From Candidatus Limnocylindrales bacterium (GTDB taxonomy: Bacteria > Chloroflexota > Limnocylindria > Limnocylindrales > CSP1-4), in contig JBBRSJ010000001.1 of NCBI GenBank assembly GCA_038245515.1, positions 169,376 through 233,375 of the forward strand: DNA of 64,000 nucleotides. Reading direction: 5' to 3'. Position numbers and translations under genes: made by a program. The notes beneath the pieces are model-generated. The model had not been told where the DNA came from and did not search any database. It worked only from the letters and a program-made list of their open reading frames with translations. Below, one piece after another: positions 25,973-35,866 of this stretch (position 1 is its first letter; the number at the start of each line of letters is the position of its first letter).

Positions 25973-26926
25973 TCAGGTGCGGACGGCAGCCACGAGGCGA
26001 CGGGCCACGGCCAGGGTCTCGGTGCGGGGCGGGCTGGCGGTCGCATCCAGCCAGGCGATGTCCGGTTCCGCCTTGAACCACGTCCGCTGGCGCTTCGCGA
26101 ACGAATGGTTGCGACCGGCGTCCTCGGCAATCGCCGCATCGCGACCCAGCCGGCCGTCGAGCACCGCCCAGGCCTCGCGATAGCCGATCGCGGAGAACGC
26201 CGGCAGGCCCGGGTCGAATCGCTCGCGGAGTCCCCTCGCCTCCTCGATCAGCCCGGCATCGAACTGGGCTCGGGCCCGGTGCGAGATCCAGTCGCGGTGG
26301 GTTTCCGGCTCGACCGTCAGACCCAGCCACGCAACGGGCGCGTCGTAACCGCGTGGCTCCGGCAGTGGCCGCTTGCCGCCATCAAGCTCGGCGATCTCGA
26401 GGGCGCGGACGACGCGCCGGGGGTTGGCAAGGTCGACCGTCCCGGCGCGCACCGGGGCCAGGCTCCGGAGCCGCTCGACGAGGGGTTCGAGGCCGACCGC
26501 CAGGAATTCGGCCTCGAGCCGGGCGCGGACGACCGGATCGGCGGGCAGGGCGTCCGTCGGCAGGCCACGAGCGATCGCGCGGAGGTACAGGCCCGTGCCG
26601 CCGGCGAGGATCGCAAGGGTCGGGGTGGGCCGGCTCGCCAGGTCGGCGAGCATCGCGCGGGCGTGGGTGGCGAAGTCGGCCACGGTGAACGGCTGGTCCG
26701 GATCGACGAGGTCGAGCCCGTGGTGCGGGACCCCGCGCCGCTCGGCGGGCGTCGCCTTGGCGGTCCCGATGTCGAGGCCGCGATAGACCTGGCGAGAGTC
26801 GGCCGAGATCACCTCAGCGGCGATCCCCTCCCCTCCCAGGCGCTCGGCGACGTCGATCGCGAGGCCCGTCTTGCCGGTCGCGGTGGCCCCGGCGATGACA
26901 AGAAGCGGTGGAAGTGTCGGCGTCAC
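25973..26926 (-). CDS. miaA: tRNA dimethylallyltransferase
   Basis: P-loop GATATGKTGLA...DSRQVYRGLDIGTAK. The GTG start overlaps the miaB stop (GTGA). Confidence 0.9.
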   Translation of the reverse strand: MTPTLPPLLVIAGATATGKTGLAIDVAERLGGEGIAAEVISADSRQVYRGLDIGTAKATPAERRGVPHHGLDLVDPDQPFTVADFATHARAMLADLASRPTPTLAILAGGTGLYLRAIARGLPTDALPADPVVRARLEAEFLAVGLEPLVERLRSLAPVRAGTVDLANPRRVVRALEIAELDGGKRPLPEPRGYDAPVAWLGLTVEPETHRDWISHRARAQFDAGLIEEARGLRERFDPGLPAFSAIGYREAWAVLDGRLGRDAAIAEDAGRNHSFAKRQRTWFKAEPDIAWLDATASPPRTETLAVARRLVAAVRT

Positions 26927-28572
26927 GCTCCGAGAAGCGTGCCGCGCAGGGCGTACGGCCCGGCATCGTCGATCCGGGCGGTGACAAGCCGACCGACGAG
27001 AGCGGGGTCGCCGGTCACGTGGACGAGCTTGTGCTCGCGGCTCCGGCCAGAGAGGCGGGGTCCGGCCGGCACGGCGGCGCCGTCGACACCCGCGGCGTCT
27101 TCGTGGCTTTCGTCGTGGTCGTGGCTGCGCGGCGGCGTGACGCCGTCGACGAGCACTTCGACCTCGCGGCCGACATAGGCCCGATTGCGCTCGAACCCGA
27201 TCGCCTCCTGCAGCGCGAGCAGCTCGTTGAGGCGGCTGCGCTTGACGTCGGGCGGCACGTCGTCGGCGAGGTGGGTCGCCGGCGTTCCGGGCCGCTCGGA
27301 GTAGGCGGCCGCGAAGACCTGGTCGTAGCGGACGGTCTCGAGCAGGCGCAGCGTCGCGCGGAACTGGGCGTCGGTCTCGCCGCAGAACCCGACGATCACG
27401 TCGGTCGAGATCGCGATCCCCGACACTGCCGCACGGATCCGGGCCAGCCGCTCGAGGTAGTGCTCGATCGTGTATTGGCGGCCCATGCGCCTCAGCGTCT
27501 CGTCGGCGCCGGACTGGACGGGCAGGTGGAGGTGGGCGCAGATCGACGGGCAATCGGCCATCGCCTCGATCAGCCGGTCGCTCAGGTCCCATGGGTGCGA
27601 GGTCACGAACCGAAGGCGCGGGATCGCGGGCACGCCGTCGGCGGTCCGGATCGCGTCGATCGCGCGGATCAGGGCGGCGAGGTCCGGGCGACCGTGGAGG
27701 TCGAGCCGGCGACCGGCCCAGCGCTCAGTGTCGACGTCGGCGAAGCGCGGTTCCGCGGGCAGGTCGTGGCCGTAGGAGTTGACGTTCTGGCCGAGGAGCG
27801 TCACCTCGCGGTAGCCGGCGGCGGCGAGGGCCCGAGCCTCATCGACGATCTCGTCGAACGGCCGGCTCCGCTCGGGGCCGCGGCTGAACGGGACGATGCA
27901 GTACGTGCAGGTCTTGTCGCAGCCATAGACGATCGGCAGCCAGGCGCTGATCGCGGATTCGCGCGCGACGACTCCGTCGGCGACGGCCGCGGCGCGGGTG
28001 CCGGGCAGGTGGTCGGCGGCGCCGACCACGAGGCGGCCCAGGGTCGTGGTCGCCGCGCTCGAGAGACCGACGGGTCCCTGCGCGGATGCAAGGCCAAGCC
28101 GGTCGACCAGCTCGGGCTCCTCGTCGGGCCGCAGGAATAGGTCCACCGCGGGGAAGCGGCGGCGCAGGCCATCCCGTTCGGCCTCGCGGACGGCGCAGCC
28201 GGTCAGGACCACGCGCATGCCGGGGTTCGCCACCTTCAGGCGAGTGAGGTGGCCCTGGCGGCCGATCACCTTCTGTTCGGCGGCCTCGCGGATGGCGCAG
28301 GTGTTGATGACGACGAGGTCGGCCGTGTCCATTGACGACGCTTCGGCACAGCCGGCGGCCAGCAGGCGCCCGGCCATCTCCTCGGAGTCGCTGCGGTTCA
28401 TCTGGCAGCCGAGCGTCCAGACGTGGAACCGCGGCAGGGCCGGGGTCTCCGGCCGGTACTCCCCCAGCCGCGAATCCTCGGGCTCGGGCGGCGTCGCGGG
28501 CAGGGCCGACGTGGCCGGCCTGAGGCTGTCGAGGACGGGCAGCGCGCGATTGCCGGGACGGGTGAGGGTCAT
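26923..28572 (-). CDS. miaB: tRNA-i6A37 methylthiotransferase
   Basis: MTTase N-domain (VWTLGCQMN), radical-SAM CxxxCxxC (GCDKTCTYCIVP) and a TRAM domain. Confidence 0.9.
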   Translation of the reverse strand: MTLTRPGNRALPVLDSLRPATSALPATPPEPEDSRLGEYRPETPALPRFHVWTLGCQMNRSDSEEMAGRLLAAGCAEASSMDTADLVVINTCAIREAAEQKVIGRQGHLTRLKVANPGMRVVLTGCAVREAERDGLRRRFPAVDLFLRPDEEPELVDRLGLASAQGPVGLSSAATTTLGRLVVGAADHLPGTRAAAVADGVVARESAISAWLPIVYGCDKTCTYCIVPFSRGPERSRPFDEIVDEARALAAAGYREVTLLGQNVNSYGHDLPAEPRFADVDTERWAGRRLDLHGRPDLAALIRAIDAIRTADGVPAIPRLRFVTSHPWDLSDRLIEAMADCPSICAHLHLPVQSGADETLRRMGRQYTIEHYLERLARIRAAVSGIAISTDVIVGFCGETDAQFRATLRLLETVRYDQVFAAAYSERPGTPATHLADDVPPDVKRSRLNELLALQEAIGFERNRAYVGREVEVLVDGVTPPRSHDHDESHEDAAGVDGAAVPAGPRLSGRSREHKLVHVTGDPALVGRLVTARIDDAGPYALRGTLLGA

Positions 28573-28683
28573 CGTCCCGGCATGGTATGTCGATTCCGAT
28601 CGTCCAACGAGCGATCGCGGCCCGCTGACCTGGTCAGGGGCGTTCACCGCGTCGTGTTGGATCGTTGAACGACCCGCGCACCC

Positions 28684-29619
28684 TCAGCGAGCGGCGGCGG
28701 TGGCCGCCATTGCCTCGTCGAGCTGCCCGGCGACCGAATCCGGCACATGGAGCGCCTCGTGGGCGGCCGCGTAGGTCGAGGTGTCGCCGTGGTAGTCCGA
28801 GCCGCCCGTGGCCACCAGCCCGAGGGTCTTGGCGACGGCCGCGACCATGGTGACCGTCTCCGGCGGGAACGAGATGTAATAGACCTCGAGGCCCGCGAGG
28901 CCCATCTCGATCAGCTCGCGCAGGAGCGGCATCTGGGACGGCGCCTCGGAGAAATGGGCCAGGACGGGCACGCCGCCAGCATCCCGGACCGCGGCGATTG
29001 CCTCGCGCGGGCCCATCCCCTCGCGCTGGACGTAGCCCGGCCCGCCCCACCCGATCAGGCGCCGGAACGCGTCCTCCACGCTCGTCGCGTGGCCGGCGGC
29101 GATCAACGCTCGCCCGATCGTCGGCCGGCCGAGGGCGTCGTCTCGGGTCAGGTCGAGGTGCACGAGGTGATCGTCGATCGGCATCCCGGCCTCACGCAGC
29201 TTCACGACGGTCTTCTCGAAGCGGATCCGGCGTGCGGCGCGTTGCCTGGCGAGGGCGGCCTCGAAGCCTTCGTCGGCCGGATCCATCCCGAAGCCGAGGA
29301 TGTGAAGCTCGCCCTCCGCGAGCGGGATGTCCTTGGCGAGGGCGTTGATCTCGACGCCCGGGATCAGCCGGATCGAGGCCGGCACCGCGGCGCCGGCGAC
29401 CAGGTCGCGGTAGGCGGCGAGCGAATCGTGGTCCGTGATCGCCAGCGTCCGGATCCCGGCGTCGGCGGCGGCGCGGACGAGCTCCGCGGGCTCGAGCACG
29501 CCGTCGGAGCGAAGCGTGTGGGTGTGGAGGTCGACCGTCGAGACGCCGCTGCCCGCGGTCGCCCTTGGCCGGCGGCCATGGCGACCGACCGGACGTGCCG
29601 GTGGCGTCGCACCACCCAC
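28684..29619 (-). CDS. PHP-domain metal-dependent phosphoesterase (TrpH/YciV-like)
   Basis: VDLHTHTLRSDG...AITDHD motifs. The V of VSTVDL is GTC, so the start is placed at the upstream GTG, 2 nt from the ymdB stop. Confidence 0.75.
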   Translation of the reverse strand: MGGATPPARPVGRHGRRPRATAGSGVSTVDLHTHTLRSDGVLEPAELVRAAADAGIRTLAITDHDSLAAYRDLVAGAAVPASIRLIPGVEINALAKDIPLAEGELHILGFGMDPADEGFEAALARQRAARRIRFEKTVVKLREAGMPIDDHLVHLDLTRDDALGRPTIGRALIAAGHATSVEDAFRRLIGWGGPGYVQREGMGPREAIAAVRDAGGVPVLAHFSEAPSQMPLLRELIEMGLAGLEVYYISFPPETVTMVAAVAKTLGLVATGGSDYHGDTSTYAAAHEALHVPDSVAGQLDEAMAATAAAR

Positions 29620-29621
29620 CC

Positions 29622-30401
29622 TCAGACCTCGACCAGCCGGCTGATCCGTTCGATCGCGAGGGCTCGGCCGGTCGCCGGATCGATGTCGATCTGGCAGGCG
29701 TTGAAGATCACCGGCCCGTCCCCCACCGCGAACCGCGTCGGCAGCGCGTTGATGAACCGCGGCAGGACGGTGGCGGGATCGAACCCGATGACGCTCCAGA
29801 CCGGGCCGGTCATCCCGAGGTCGGTCTGATAGGCGGTTCCTCCCGGCAGGATCCGCTCGTCGCCGGTGACGACGTGGGTGTGGGTCCCGACGACTGCGCT
29901 GACCCGCCCGTCGAGGTGCAGCCCGAGCGCGTTCTTCTCCGAGGTCAACTCGCAATGGAAGTCGACGATCCGGACCGGCGGGAGCGGCTCTGATGACTCG
30001 TCGAGGAGGGCGTCGGCATCCGTGAATGGGTTCTCGATCTGCTGCATGTACGTCCGGCCCTGGAGATTGATCACCGCGATCTCGGTCCCGTCGAGGGCAT
30101 GGTGGATCGCCCAGCCGCGGCCGGGGACGTTGGTCGTGCCGTAGTTGAGCGGCCGGAGCACGCGGTCGCTGGTGTCGAGGTACGGGTAGATCTCGCGCTT
30201 GTCCCAGATGTGGTTGCCGCTCGTGATCACGTCGACGCCCGACGCGAACATCGCCTCCGCGGTCGAGGGTGTCAGGCCCATTCCGCCCGCGACGTTCTCG
30301 CCGTTGGCGGTGACGAAATCGATCCCGCGCTCGTCGCGGAGACCGGGCAGGACCTGCTCGACCGCGAGCCGGCCGGGCTTCCCGATCAGGTCGCCGATCA
30401 T
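29622..30401 (-). CDS. ymdB: YmdB-family metallophosphoesterase (2',3'-cyclic-nucleotide phosphodiesterase)
   Basis: MIGDLIGKPG...GNHIWDK...GTHTHV signature (TIGR00282 family). Lies downstream of rny as in Bacillus. Confidence 0.85.
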   Translation of the reverse strand: MIGDLIGKPGRLAVEQVLPGLRDERGIDFVTANGENVAGGMGLTPSTAEAMFASGVDVITSGNHIWDKREIYPYLDTSDRVLRPLNYGTTNVPGRGWAIHHALDGTEIAVINLQGRTYMQQIENPFTDADALLDESSEPLPPVRIVDFHCELTSEKNALGLHLDGRVSAVVGTHTHVVTGDERILPGGTAYQTDLGMTGPVWSVIGFDPATVLPRFINALPTRFAVGDGPVIFNACQIDIDPATGRALAIERISRLVEV

Positions 30402-30548
30402 CAGCACACGGCATGCGCCGGGCGGCCGCGGGGCGTTGCCGTTGGTCGGGTTGCCGAGTCGGGTCCGCCCGATGGAGGGGGTCGCGGGATTGCCGTCAGT
30501 CACCGAGCGACGATACCGGACGACCGCCTCGGGCGGAGACTCCCGCGG

Positions 30549-30785
30549 TCAGGGTTGCCGAAACCGCCACGACGATGGATGCGCTTCCGGATTGGCCCGG
30601 TAGATCCGGACCATCCAGACGAAGCCGATGATCGCCATCGCGATGCCGATTCCAACCAGGGCGATCGATACCCACGAGGACGGCGGTTCGGTGATCATCG
30701 GGCCGATCATGTTCGGCGCGGTCGCGAACAGGAGGCCGACAAGCACGAATGGAACGATCGCAACGACGAACATCCAGCGTGCCAT
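30549..30785 (-). CDS. small membrane protein (2 predicted TM helices)
   Basis: MARWMFVVAIVPFVLVGLLFATAP...SIALVGIGIAMAIIGFVWMV. It lies between rny and ymdB. The start is uncertain (track ORF begins at 30875). Confidence 0.45.
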   Translation of the reverse strand: MARWMFVVAIVPFVLVGLLFATAPNMIGPMITEPPSSWVSIALVGIGIAMAIIGFVWMVRIYRANPEAHPSSWRFRQP

Positions 30786-30864
30786 CTGGCGCCCTCGGAT
30801 ACCGCGCCCCGTGAACCCGCCGAGGTCGCGGTCGCGGTCGAGATCCGTCTTCACGTGCGTCTCC

Positions 30865-32394
30865 CTACTTCGCATACTCGACTGCGCGCGTCTCGCGGAT
30901 CACCGTGACCTTGATCTGGCCCGGGTAGGTCAGCTGCTCTTCGATCTTGCGGACGATGTCGCGGGCGAGCCGGGACGCCGTGAGGTCGTCGATCTCCTCG
31001 GGCCGGACGAGGATCCGGACCTCGCGACCGGCCTGGACGGCGAACGACCGCTCCACGCCCTGGAAGCTGTCGGCGATCGCCTGGAGGTCCTCGAGCCGCT
31101 TGACGTACGCGTCCATCGTTTCGCCGCGGGCACCCGGGCGAGAGGCGCTGATCGCGTCGGCGATCTGGACGATCGGTGACTCGATGCAGGTGTACTCGAT
31201 CTCCTGGTGATGGGCGCCGATCGCGTTGACGACCTTCGGGGAGAGGTTGTTGCGCTGGGCGACCTGGGCCCCGATCGCGGCGTGCGGGCCCTCGATCTCG
31301 TGGTCGACGGCCTTGCCGATGTCGTGGAGCAGGCCGCCAGTCTTGGCGATCTGGATGTCCGCCCCGACCTCGGCTGCGATCACCGCGGCCAGCCGGCTCG
31401 TCTCGATCACGTGGTTGAGGACGTTCTGGCCATAGCTGGTTCGGTACTTGAGTCGGCCGAGGAGCTTGATCAGCTCGGGCGGCAGTCCCGGAACGCCGCA
31501 CTCGTACGCGGCGGTCTCGCCGGCCTGGCGGATGATCAGGTCGACCTCGGCCCGAGCTTTGGTCACGACCTCCTCGATCCGGCCCGGGTGGATCCGGCCG
31601 TCGCCGATGAGCTTGGTCAGGGCAACCCGGGCGATCTCGCGGCGGACCGGGTCGAAGCCCGAGAGGATCACCGATTCGGGCGTGTCGTCGATGATCAGAT
31701 CAACCCCGGTCGCCTGCTCGAGGGCCCGGATGTTGCGACCCTCGCGCCCGATGATCCGGCCCTTCATCTCGTCGTTCGGAAGGTGGACGACGGTGACCGT
31801 GTGCTCGGCGGTGTGGTCGGCGGCGACCCGCTGGATCGCGGTGACGACGACGTCGCGGGCCTTTTCGTCGGCCGACTCGCGCGCCGCGCGCTCGATCGAG
31901 CGGGCGAGCTTGACCGCGTCGTGCTCGGCCTCCTCGCGGACGGCTTCGAGGAGCAGGCTCTTGGCCTCGTCCGCCGACACGCCGCTGACCCGCTCGAGGG
32001 CCGTCACGTGCTCCTGCTGGGTGCGGGCGAGGTCCTCGCGGGTCTTGTCGAGGTCGCGCTCCCGGTCGAGCAGCTTGCGATCGCGCTGCTCGAGCAGGTC
32101 CGTCCGCTGGTCGAGCTGCTCGTCGCGCTGGAGGAGGCGCCGCTCGAGGGCCGACAGCTCGTTGCGGCGAGCACGGGCCTCGTCCTCCGCCTCGCGCTGC
32201 ATCTTGAGCTTCTCGTCCTTGGCCTCGAGGATCAGCTCCTTCTGGCGGGCCCGTGCGTCGGCTTCGATCCGCCGCGCCTCGGCCTGGGCAGCCTTCATCG
32301 ACTGCGAGGCGAATCGCTGGCGGGCGATCATTCCGAGCACGGCTCCGACGACGACGGCGACCAGCGCCACCGCGACGAGGACCAGTGTGTCCAT
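30865..32394 (-). CDS. rny: ribonuclease Y
   Basis: N-terminal TM, coiled coil, KH domain ([12 protein letters not shown]) and HD domain (LLHDIGK). GGGAGG RBS 5 nt upstream of the ATG at 32394. Confidence 0.9.
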   Translation of the reverse strand: MDTLVLVAVALVAVVVGAVLGMIARQRFASQSMKAAQAEARRIEADARARQKELILEAKDEKLKMQREAEDEARARRNELSALERRLLQRDEQLDQRTDLLEQRDRKLLDRERDLDKTREDLARTQQEHVTALERVSGVSADEAKSLLLEAVREEAEHDAVKLARSIERAARESADEKARDVVVTAIQRVAADHTAEHTVTVVHLPNDEMKGRIIGREGRNIRALEQATGVDLIIDDTPESVILSGFDPVRREIARVALTKLIGDGRIHPGRIEEVVTKARAEVDLIIRQAGETAAYECGVPGLPPELIKLLGRLKYRTSYGQNVLNHVIETSRLAAVIAAEVGADIQIAKTGGLLHDIGKAVDHEIEGPHAAIGAQVAQRNNLSPKVVNAIGAHHQEIEYTCIESPIVQIADAISASRPGARGETMDAYVKRLEDLQAIADSFQGVERSFAVQAGREVRILVRPEEIDDLTASRLARDIVRKIEEQLTYPGQIKVTVIRETRAVEYAK

Positions 32395-32606
32395 CGCGTA
32401 CCTCCCGTCCGGCGCCGGGCGCCGGAGGTTGTGTCGGCGGCACGGCGTCATCTCGTCGGGAACGGCGACATCGACCGATGGGCCGGTCGTGGGCGAAGAT
32501 GAGCGCCGGTTGGCCGTGATCCTGCCTGTGTTACGCCGCTCGGGCGACGCGTCATGAAGTCTGGGACGTAGCCTACTACGCTGGGCTCGGGCGAGCGGAC
32601 GGCGGG

Positions 32607-33881
32607 TTGCGATGGAGGGACGAGTTGAGCGGATCGCGTTCGATCGACACGGCGGTCGTCGGCGCCGGGCAGGCGGGGCTGATCGTGAGTGCGTTGCTCC
32701 GCCAGGCGGGCCGCGAGCACGTGGTCCTCGACCGGCGGGCAACCCTGGGCGGCGGTTGGCAGGACCGCTGGGACGCCTTCCGACTCGTCAGCCCGAACTG
32801 GACGACGTCCGTGCCGGGGTTCGGGTATCGCGGCACGGACCCCGACGGGTTCATGCCGCGCGACGAGATCGTCGATCACTTTCGGGCGTTCGCGGGCGCG
32901 ATCGAGGCGCCGGTCGAGCTCGACACCGATGTCACTGCGCTGTCCAGCCGTGACGGTGGCCGGCCGGGATTCCGGCTGGCTACAAGTCGTGGCGCCATCG
33001 AGGCCGACCAGGTGATCGTTGCCGGCGGCCCGTTCCAGACGCCGTTCATTCCGCGCGGAGCCGCAGCCGACGCCGATTCATCGATCCACCAGCTCCATGC
33101 CCACCACTACCGCAATCCCGATGCGCTACCGCCCGGCGGCGTGCTCCTTGTCGGGAGCGGCCAGACCGGCGTCCAGCTGGCGGAGGAGCTTCACGCGGCC
33201 GGCCGCAGGGTCGTGATCTCGGTCGGCCACTGCGGTCGGGTGCCGCGCCGCTACCGCGGGCGAGACGTGTTCTGGTGGCTGCGCCAGCTTGGGACCCGCG
33301 GAGTCGAGTTCGGGACGCCGCTGCCCAGCGCCGATCGCCTGCCGGACCCGCGAGCGCGATTCGCGTGCAATCCGCAGCTCTCCGGTCACGGTGGCGGCCA
33401 TGACGTGGACCTGCGGCGGATGGCGGCCGACGGCATCAGGCTCGCGGGCCGGCTCGAGGGCGTGTCCGGGACCCTCGCCCGGTTCGCGCCGGATCTCGGG
33501 GACAACCTCCGGTTCGCCGACCGCTTCTTCGAAGATCGTCTCCGGGCGTCGTGCGACACGTATATCGAACGCAGCGGCGAGGCCGTGGATGCCCCGGTGC
33601 CGGCCAGCGAGCCCTTCGCATTCGAGCCGCCCGAGGTCAGCGAGCTCGACCTCGCCGCCGAGGGGATCGGAACCATCCTCTGGACGAGCGGCTACCGCCC
33701 GGCCCTCGGCTGGATCGAGCTGCCGGTCCTCGACGAGATGGGCCTGCCGCGCCAGGTGCGCGGGATCAGCGAGGTGCCGGGGCTCTCGTTCATCGGCCAG
33801 CCGTGGCAGCACGACATGGGCTCCGCCAACCTGGTGGGCCTCGTCCGCGACGCGGAATATCTCGCCAGCCGTTGGTCCTGA
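32607..33881 (+). CDS. flavin-dependent monooxygenase / NAD(P)-binding oxidoreductase (FMO-like)
   Basis: Two dinucleotide-binding motifs (VVGAGQAG and LLVGSGQTG). Confidence 0.8.
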   Translation: MRWRDELSGSRSIDTAVVGAGQAGLIVSALLRQAGREHVVLDRRATLGGGWQDRWDAFRLVSPNWTTSVPGFGYRGTDPDGFMPRDEIVDHFRAFAGAIEAPVELDTDVTALSSRDGGRPGFRLATSRGAIEADQVIVAGGPFQTPFIPRGAAADADSSIHQLHAHHYRNPDALPPGGVLLVGSGQTGVQLAEELHAAGRRVVISVGHCGRVPRRYRGRDVFWWLRQLGTRGVEFGTPLPSADRLPDPRARFACNPQLSGHGGGHDVDLRRMAADGIRLAGRLEGVSGTLARFAPDLGDNLRFADRFFEDRLRASCDTYIERSGEAVDAPVPASEPFAFEPPEVSELDLAAEGIGTILWTSGYRPALGWIELPVLDEMGLPRQVRGISEVPGLSFIGQPWQHDMGSANLVGLVRDAEYLASRWS

Positions 33882-33884
33882 CGG

Positions 33885-34481
33885 CTACGTCTCGTCGACG
33901 AGCCCGTCATCGTCCGCGGTCTCGTCCCCGGTCGCTAAGGCGGCGGCGCTCGCCTCCCGACACGTCTCCGGATCGAACCCGTGGCGGGCAAGCAACGCGT
34001 ACGCCCGCTGTCGGCGCCTACGCGGGTCCGAGACCCGGGCGAGGGCTCGTTGGTGGCGCGCGATCAACGTACGGGCGCCGGCGAGGTCCGGAGACGTGTC
34101 CGCCGGCTCTCCGTCGGGGCCGACCGCCTCGCGCCGTTCTTCGAGCAGGTCGTTCACGATCGCGCGATCGATGCCCTTGAGGTTGAGCTCGCGGCGGAGC
34201 GCGATCTCGCCGCGTGGCCGGGCCCGGGCGCGCGACTCCACCCAGGCTCGGCCGAACGCCTCGTCGTCGAGCATCCCGAGCTCGCCGAGACGGACGATCG
34301 CGGACTCGATGAGCTCCGAGCGGTAGCCGGCCCGTCCGAGCCGGCGACGAACCTCCGCCACCGAGCGTGAGCGTGCCTCGAGGAATCGGGCGGCCGCCTC
34401 GAGAACCACGGCCGGGTCGTCGATCTCGGCTTTGCGCGCCCGCCCCTCGGCGAACGTTTCCTTCGGCCGGCGGCCTGCCAC
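33885..34481 (-). CDS. recX: recombination regulator RecX
   Basis: Three-helical-repeat RecX fold. Immediately downstream of recA. Confidence 0.9.
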   Translation of the reverse strand: MAGRRPKETFAEGRARKAEIDDPAVVLEAAARFLEARSRSVAEVRRRLGRAGYRSELIESAIVRLGELGMLDDEAFGRAWVESRARARPRGEIALRRELNLKGIDRAIVNDLLEERREAVGPDGEPADTSPDLAGARTLIARHQRALARVSDPRRRRQRAYALLARHGFDPETCREASAAALATGDETADDDGLVDET

Positions 34482-34500
34482 GTCGCGGTGCTCGGGTGCC

Positions 34501-35586
34501 CTACTGGGCCTCTTCGATCCCCTCGACCGGCAGCTCGACCTCGTTCATCTTGCCGCGGATCTTCGCGTCGACGATGGCGGCGATGTCCGGATTGGCACGG
34601 AGGAAGTCCTTGGACGCCTCGCGACCCTGGCCGAGCCGCGTCTCCTCGAACGTGAACCACGCGCCGGTCTTGGTCACGATGCTCATCGCGACCCCGACGT
34701 CGAGCAGGCCGCCCTCCTTGGACACGCCCTCGCCGTACATCACGTCGAACTCGGCGACGCGGAACGGCGGCGCGACCTTGTTCTTGACGACCTTGATCCG
34801 GACCCGGTTGCCGACCGATTCGGTGCCGGTCTTGATCGTCTCGATCCGGCGGATGTCGAGCCGGACGCTCGCATAGAACTTCAGGGCGCGGCCACCGGGC
34901 GTCGTCTCCGGGTTGCCGAACATCACCCCGATCTTCTCGCGCAGCTGGTTGGTGAAGATCAGCGAGGTGTGCGAGCGCGACACGGCGCCGGTCAGCTTGC
35001 GCAGGGCCTGGCTCATCAGCCGAGCCTGGATCCCGACGAAGCTGTCGCCCATCTCGCCCTCGATCTCCGCCCGCGGCACGAGGGCGGCCACGGAGTCGAC
35101 GACGACGCAGTCGATGCCGCCAGAGCGGATCAGGGTCTCGGTGATCTCGAGGGCCTGTTCGCCGGTGTCCGGCTGGCTGACGAGCAGCTCGTCGACGTTG
35201 ACGCCGCAGGCCCGGGCGTAGGCCGGATCGAGCGCGTGCTCGACGTCGATGAAGGCGGCGACCCCGCCCCGGCGCTGCGCCTCGGCGATGACGTGCTGGC
35301 AGATCGTCGTCTTGCCCGACGACTCCGGGCCGAAGATCTCGGTGATCCGACCGCGCGGGATGCCACCGACCCCGAGTGCGAGGTCGAGCGCGATCGACCC
35401 GGTCGGGATGACGTCGATCGCGGTGATCGGCTTCGCGCCGAGCTTCATGATCGAGCCGGTGCCGAACTGCTTCTCGATCGCGGCGACTGCGGCGCTTACC
35501 GCTTTGCCGCGCTCGACCTGGGCTCGCTCGAACGCTCGATCGTTTCCGTTCCGCTCGTCCGCGGCCCGCTCTCCGGTCAACGCCAT
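34501..35586 (-). CDS. recA: recombinase RecA
   Basis: [14 protein letters not shown], Walker [10 protein letters not shown], and L1/L2 loops. Unmistakable. Confidence 0.95.
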   Translation of the reverse strand: MALTGERAADERNGNDRAFERAQVERGKAVSAAVAAIEKQFGTGSIMKLGAKPITAIDVIPTGSIALDLALGVGGIPRGRITEIFGPESSGKTTICQHVIAEAQRRGGVAAFIDVEHALDPAYARACGVNVDELLVSQPDTGEQALEITETLIRSGGIDCVVVDSVAALVPRAEIEGEMGDSFVGIQARLMSQALRKLTGAVSRSHTSLIFTNQLREKIGVMFGNPETTPGGRALKFYASVRLDIRRIETIKTGTESVGNRVRIKVVKNKVAPPFRVAEFDVMYGEGVSKEGGLLDVGVAMSIVTKTGAWFTFEETRLGQGREASKDFLRANPDIAAIVDAKIRGKMNEVELPVEGIEEAQ

Positions 35587-35592
35587 GGGTCC

Positions 35593-35636
35593 GTCACGCT
35601 CCTGTCGAATGGTCTCTTGACCGACAGGTCACGCTC
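35593..35636 (-). promoter_or_regulatory. composite repeat 7-50 nt upstream of the recA start codon
   Basis: On the + strand: GTCACGCTC-CTGTCG-N14-CGACAG-GTCACGCTC. Confidence 0.3.
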
Positions 35637-35656
35637 CCGGGCGGGACCTCGGACGG

Positions 35657-35824
35657 TCAACCCTCGTCGGTTTCTTCCTCGCGTACCGGCTTTTCCTTGC
35701 GCGGCTTCCGGATCAACTCCGCCTGCTGCGGTGGCGGCTCCGAAAGCGACGACAGCTTGGGTTGGCCGGACCGGTCCTTCGGCTTCTTCTTCTGTTCCTT
35801 CTTCGGCCGATCTCGAGAAGCCAT
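35657..35824 (-). CDS. small basic protein (55 aa), not in the ORF track
   Basis: MASRDRPKKEQKKKPKDRSGQPKLSSLSEPPPQQAELIRKPRKEKPVREEETDEG. GGAGG lies 7 nt upstream of the ATG. The region is locally lower in GC. Confidence 0.45.
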   Translation of the reverse strand: MASRDRPKKEQKKKPKDRSGQPKLSSLSEPPPQQAELIRKPRKEKPVREEETDEG

Positions 35825-35866
35825 CGATGTGCCTCCGACTGGGATTGCAGGCTAGCGAATGACCAT

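Noticed and set aside
35587-35866. Search for a canonical LexA/SOS box upstream of recA
   Set aside because: No Cheo box, no TCGAAC-N4-GTTCGA and no CTGT-N8-ACAG was found; only the non-canonical composite repeat reported above.
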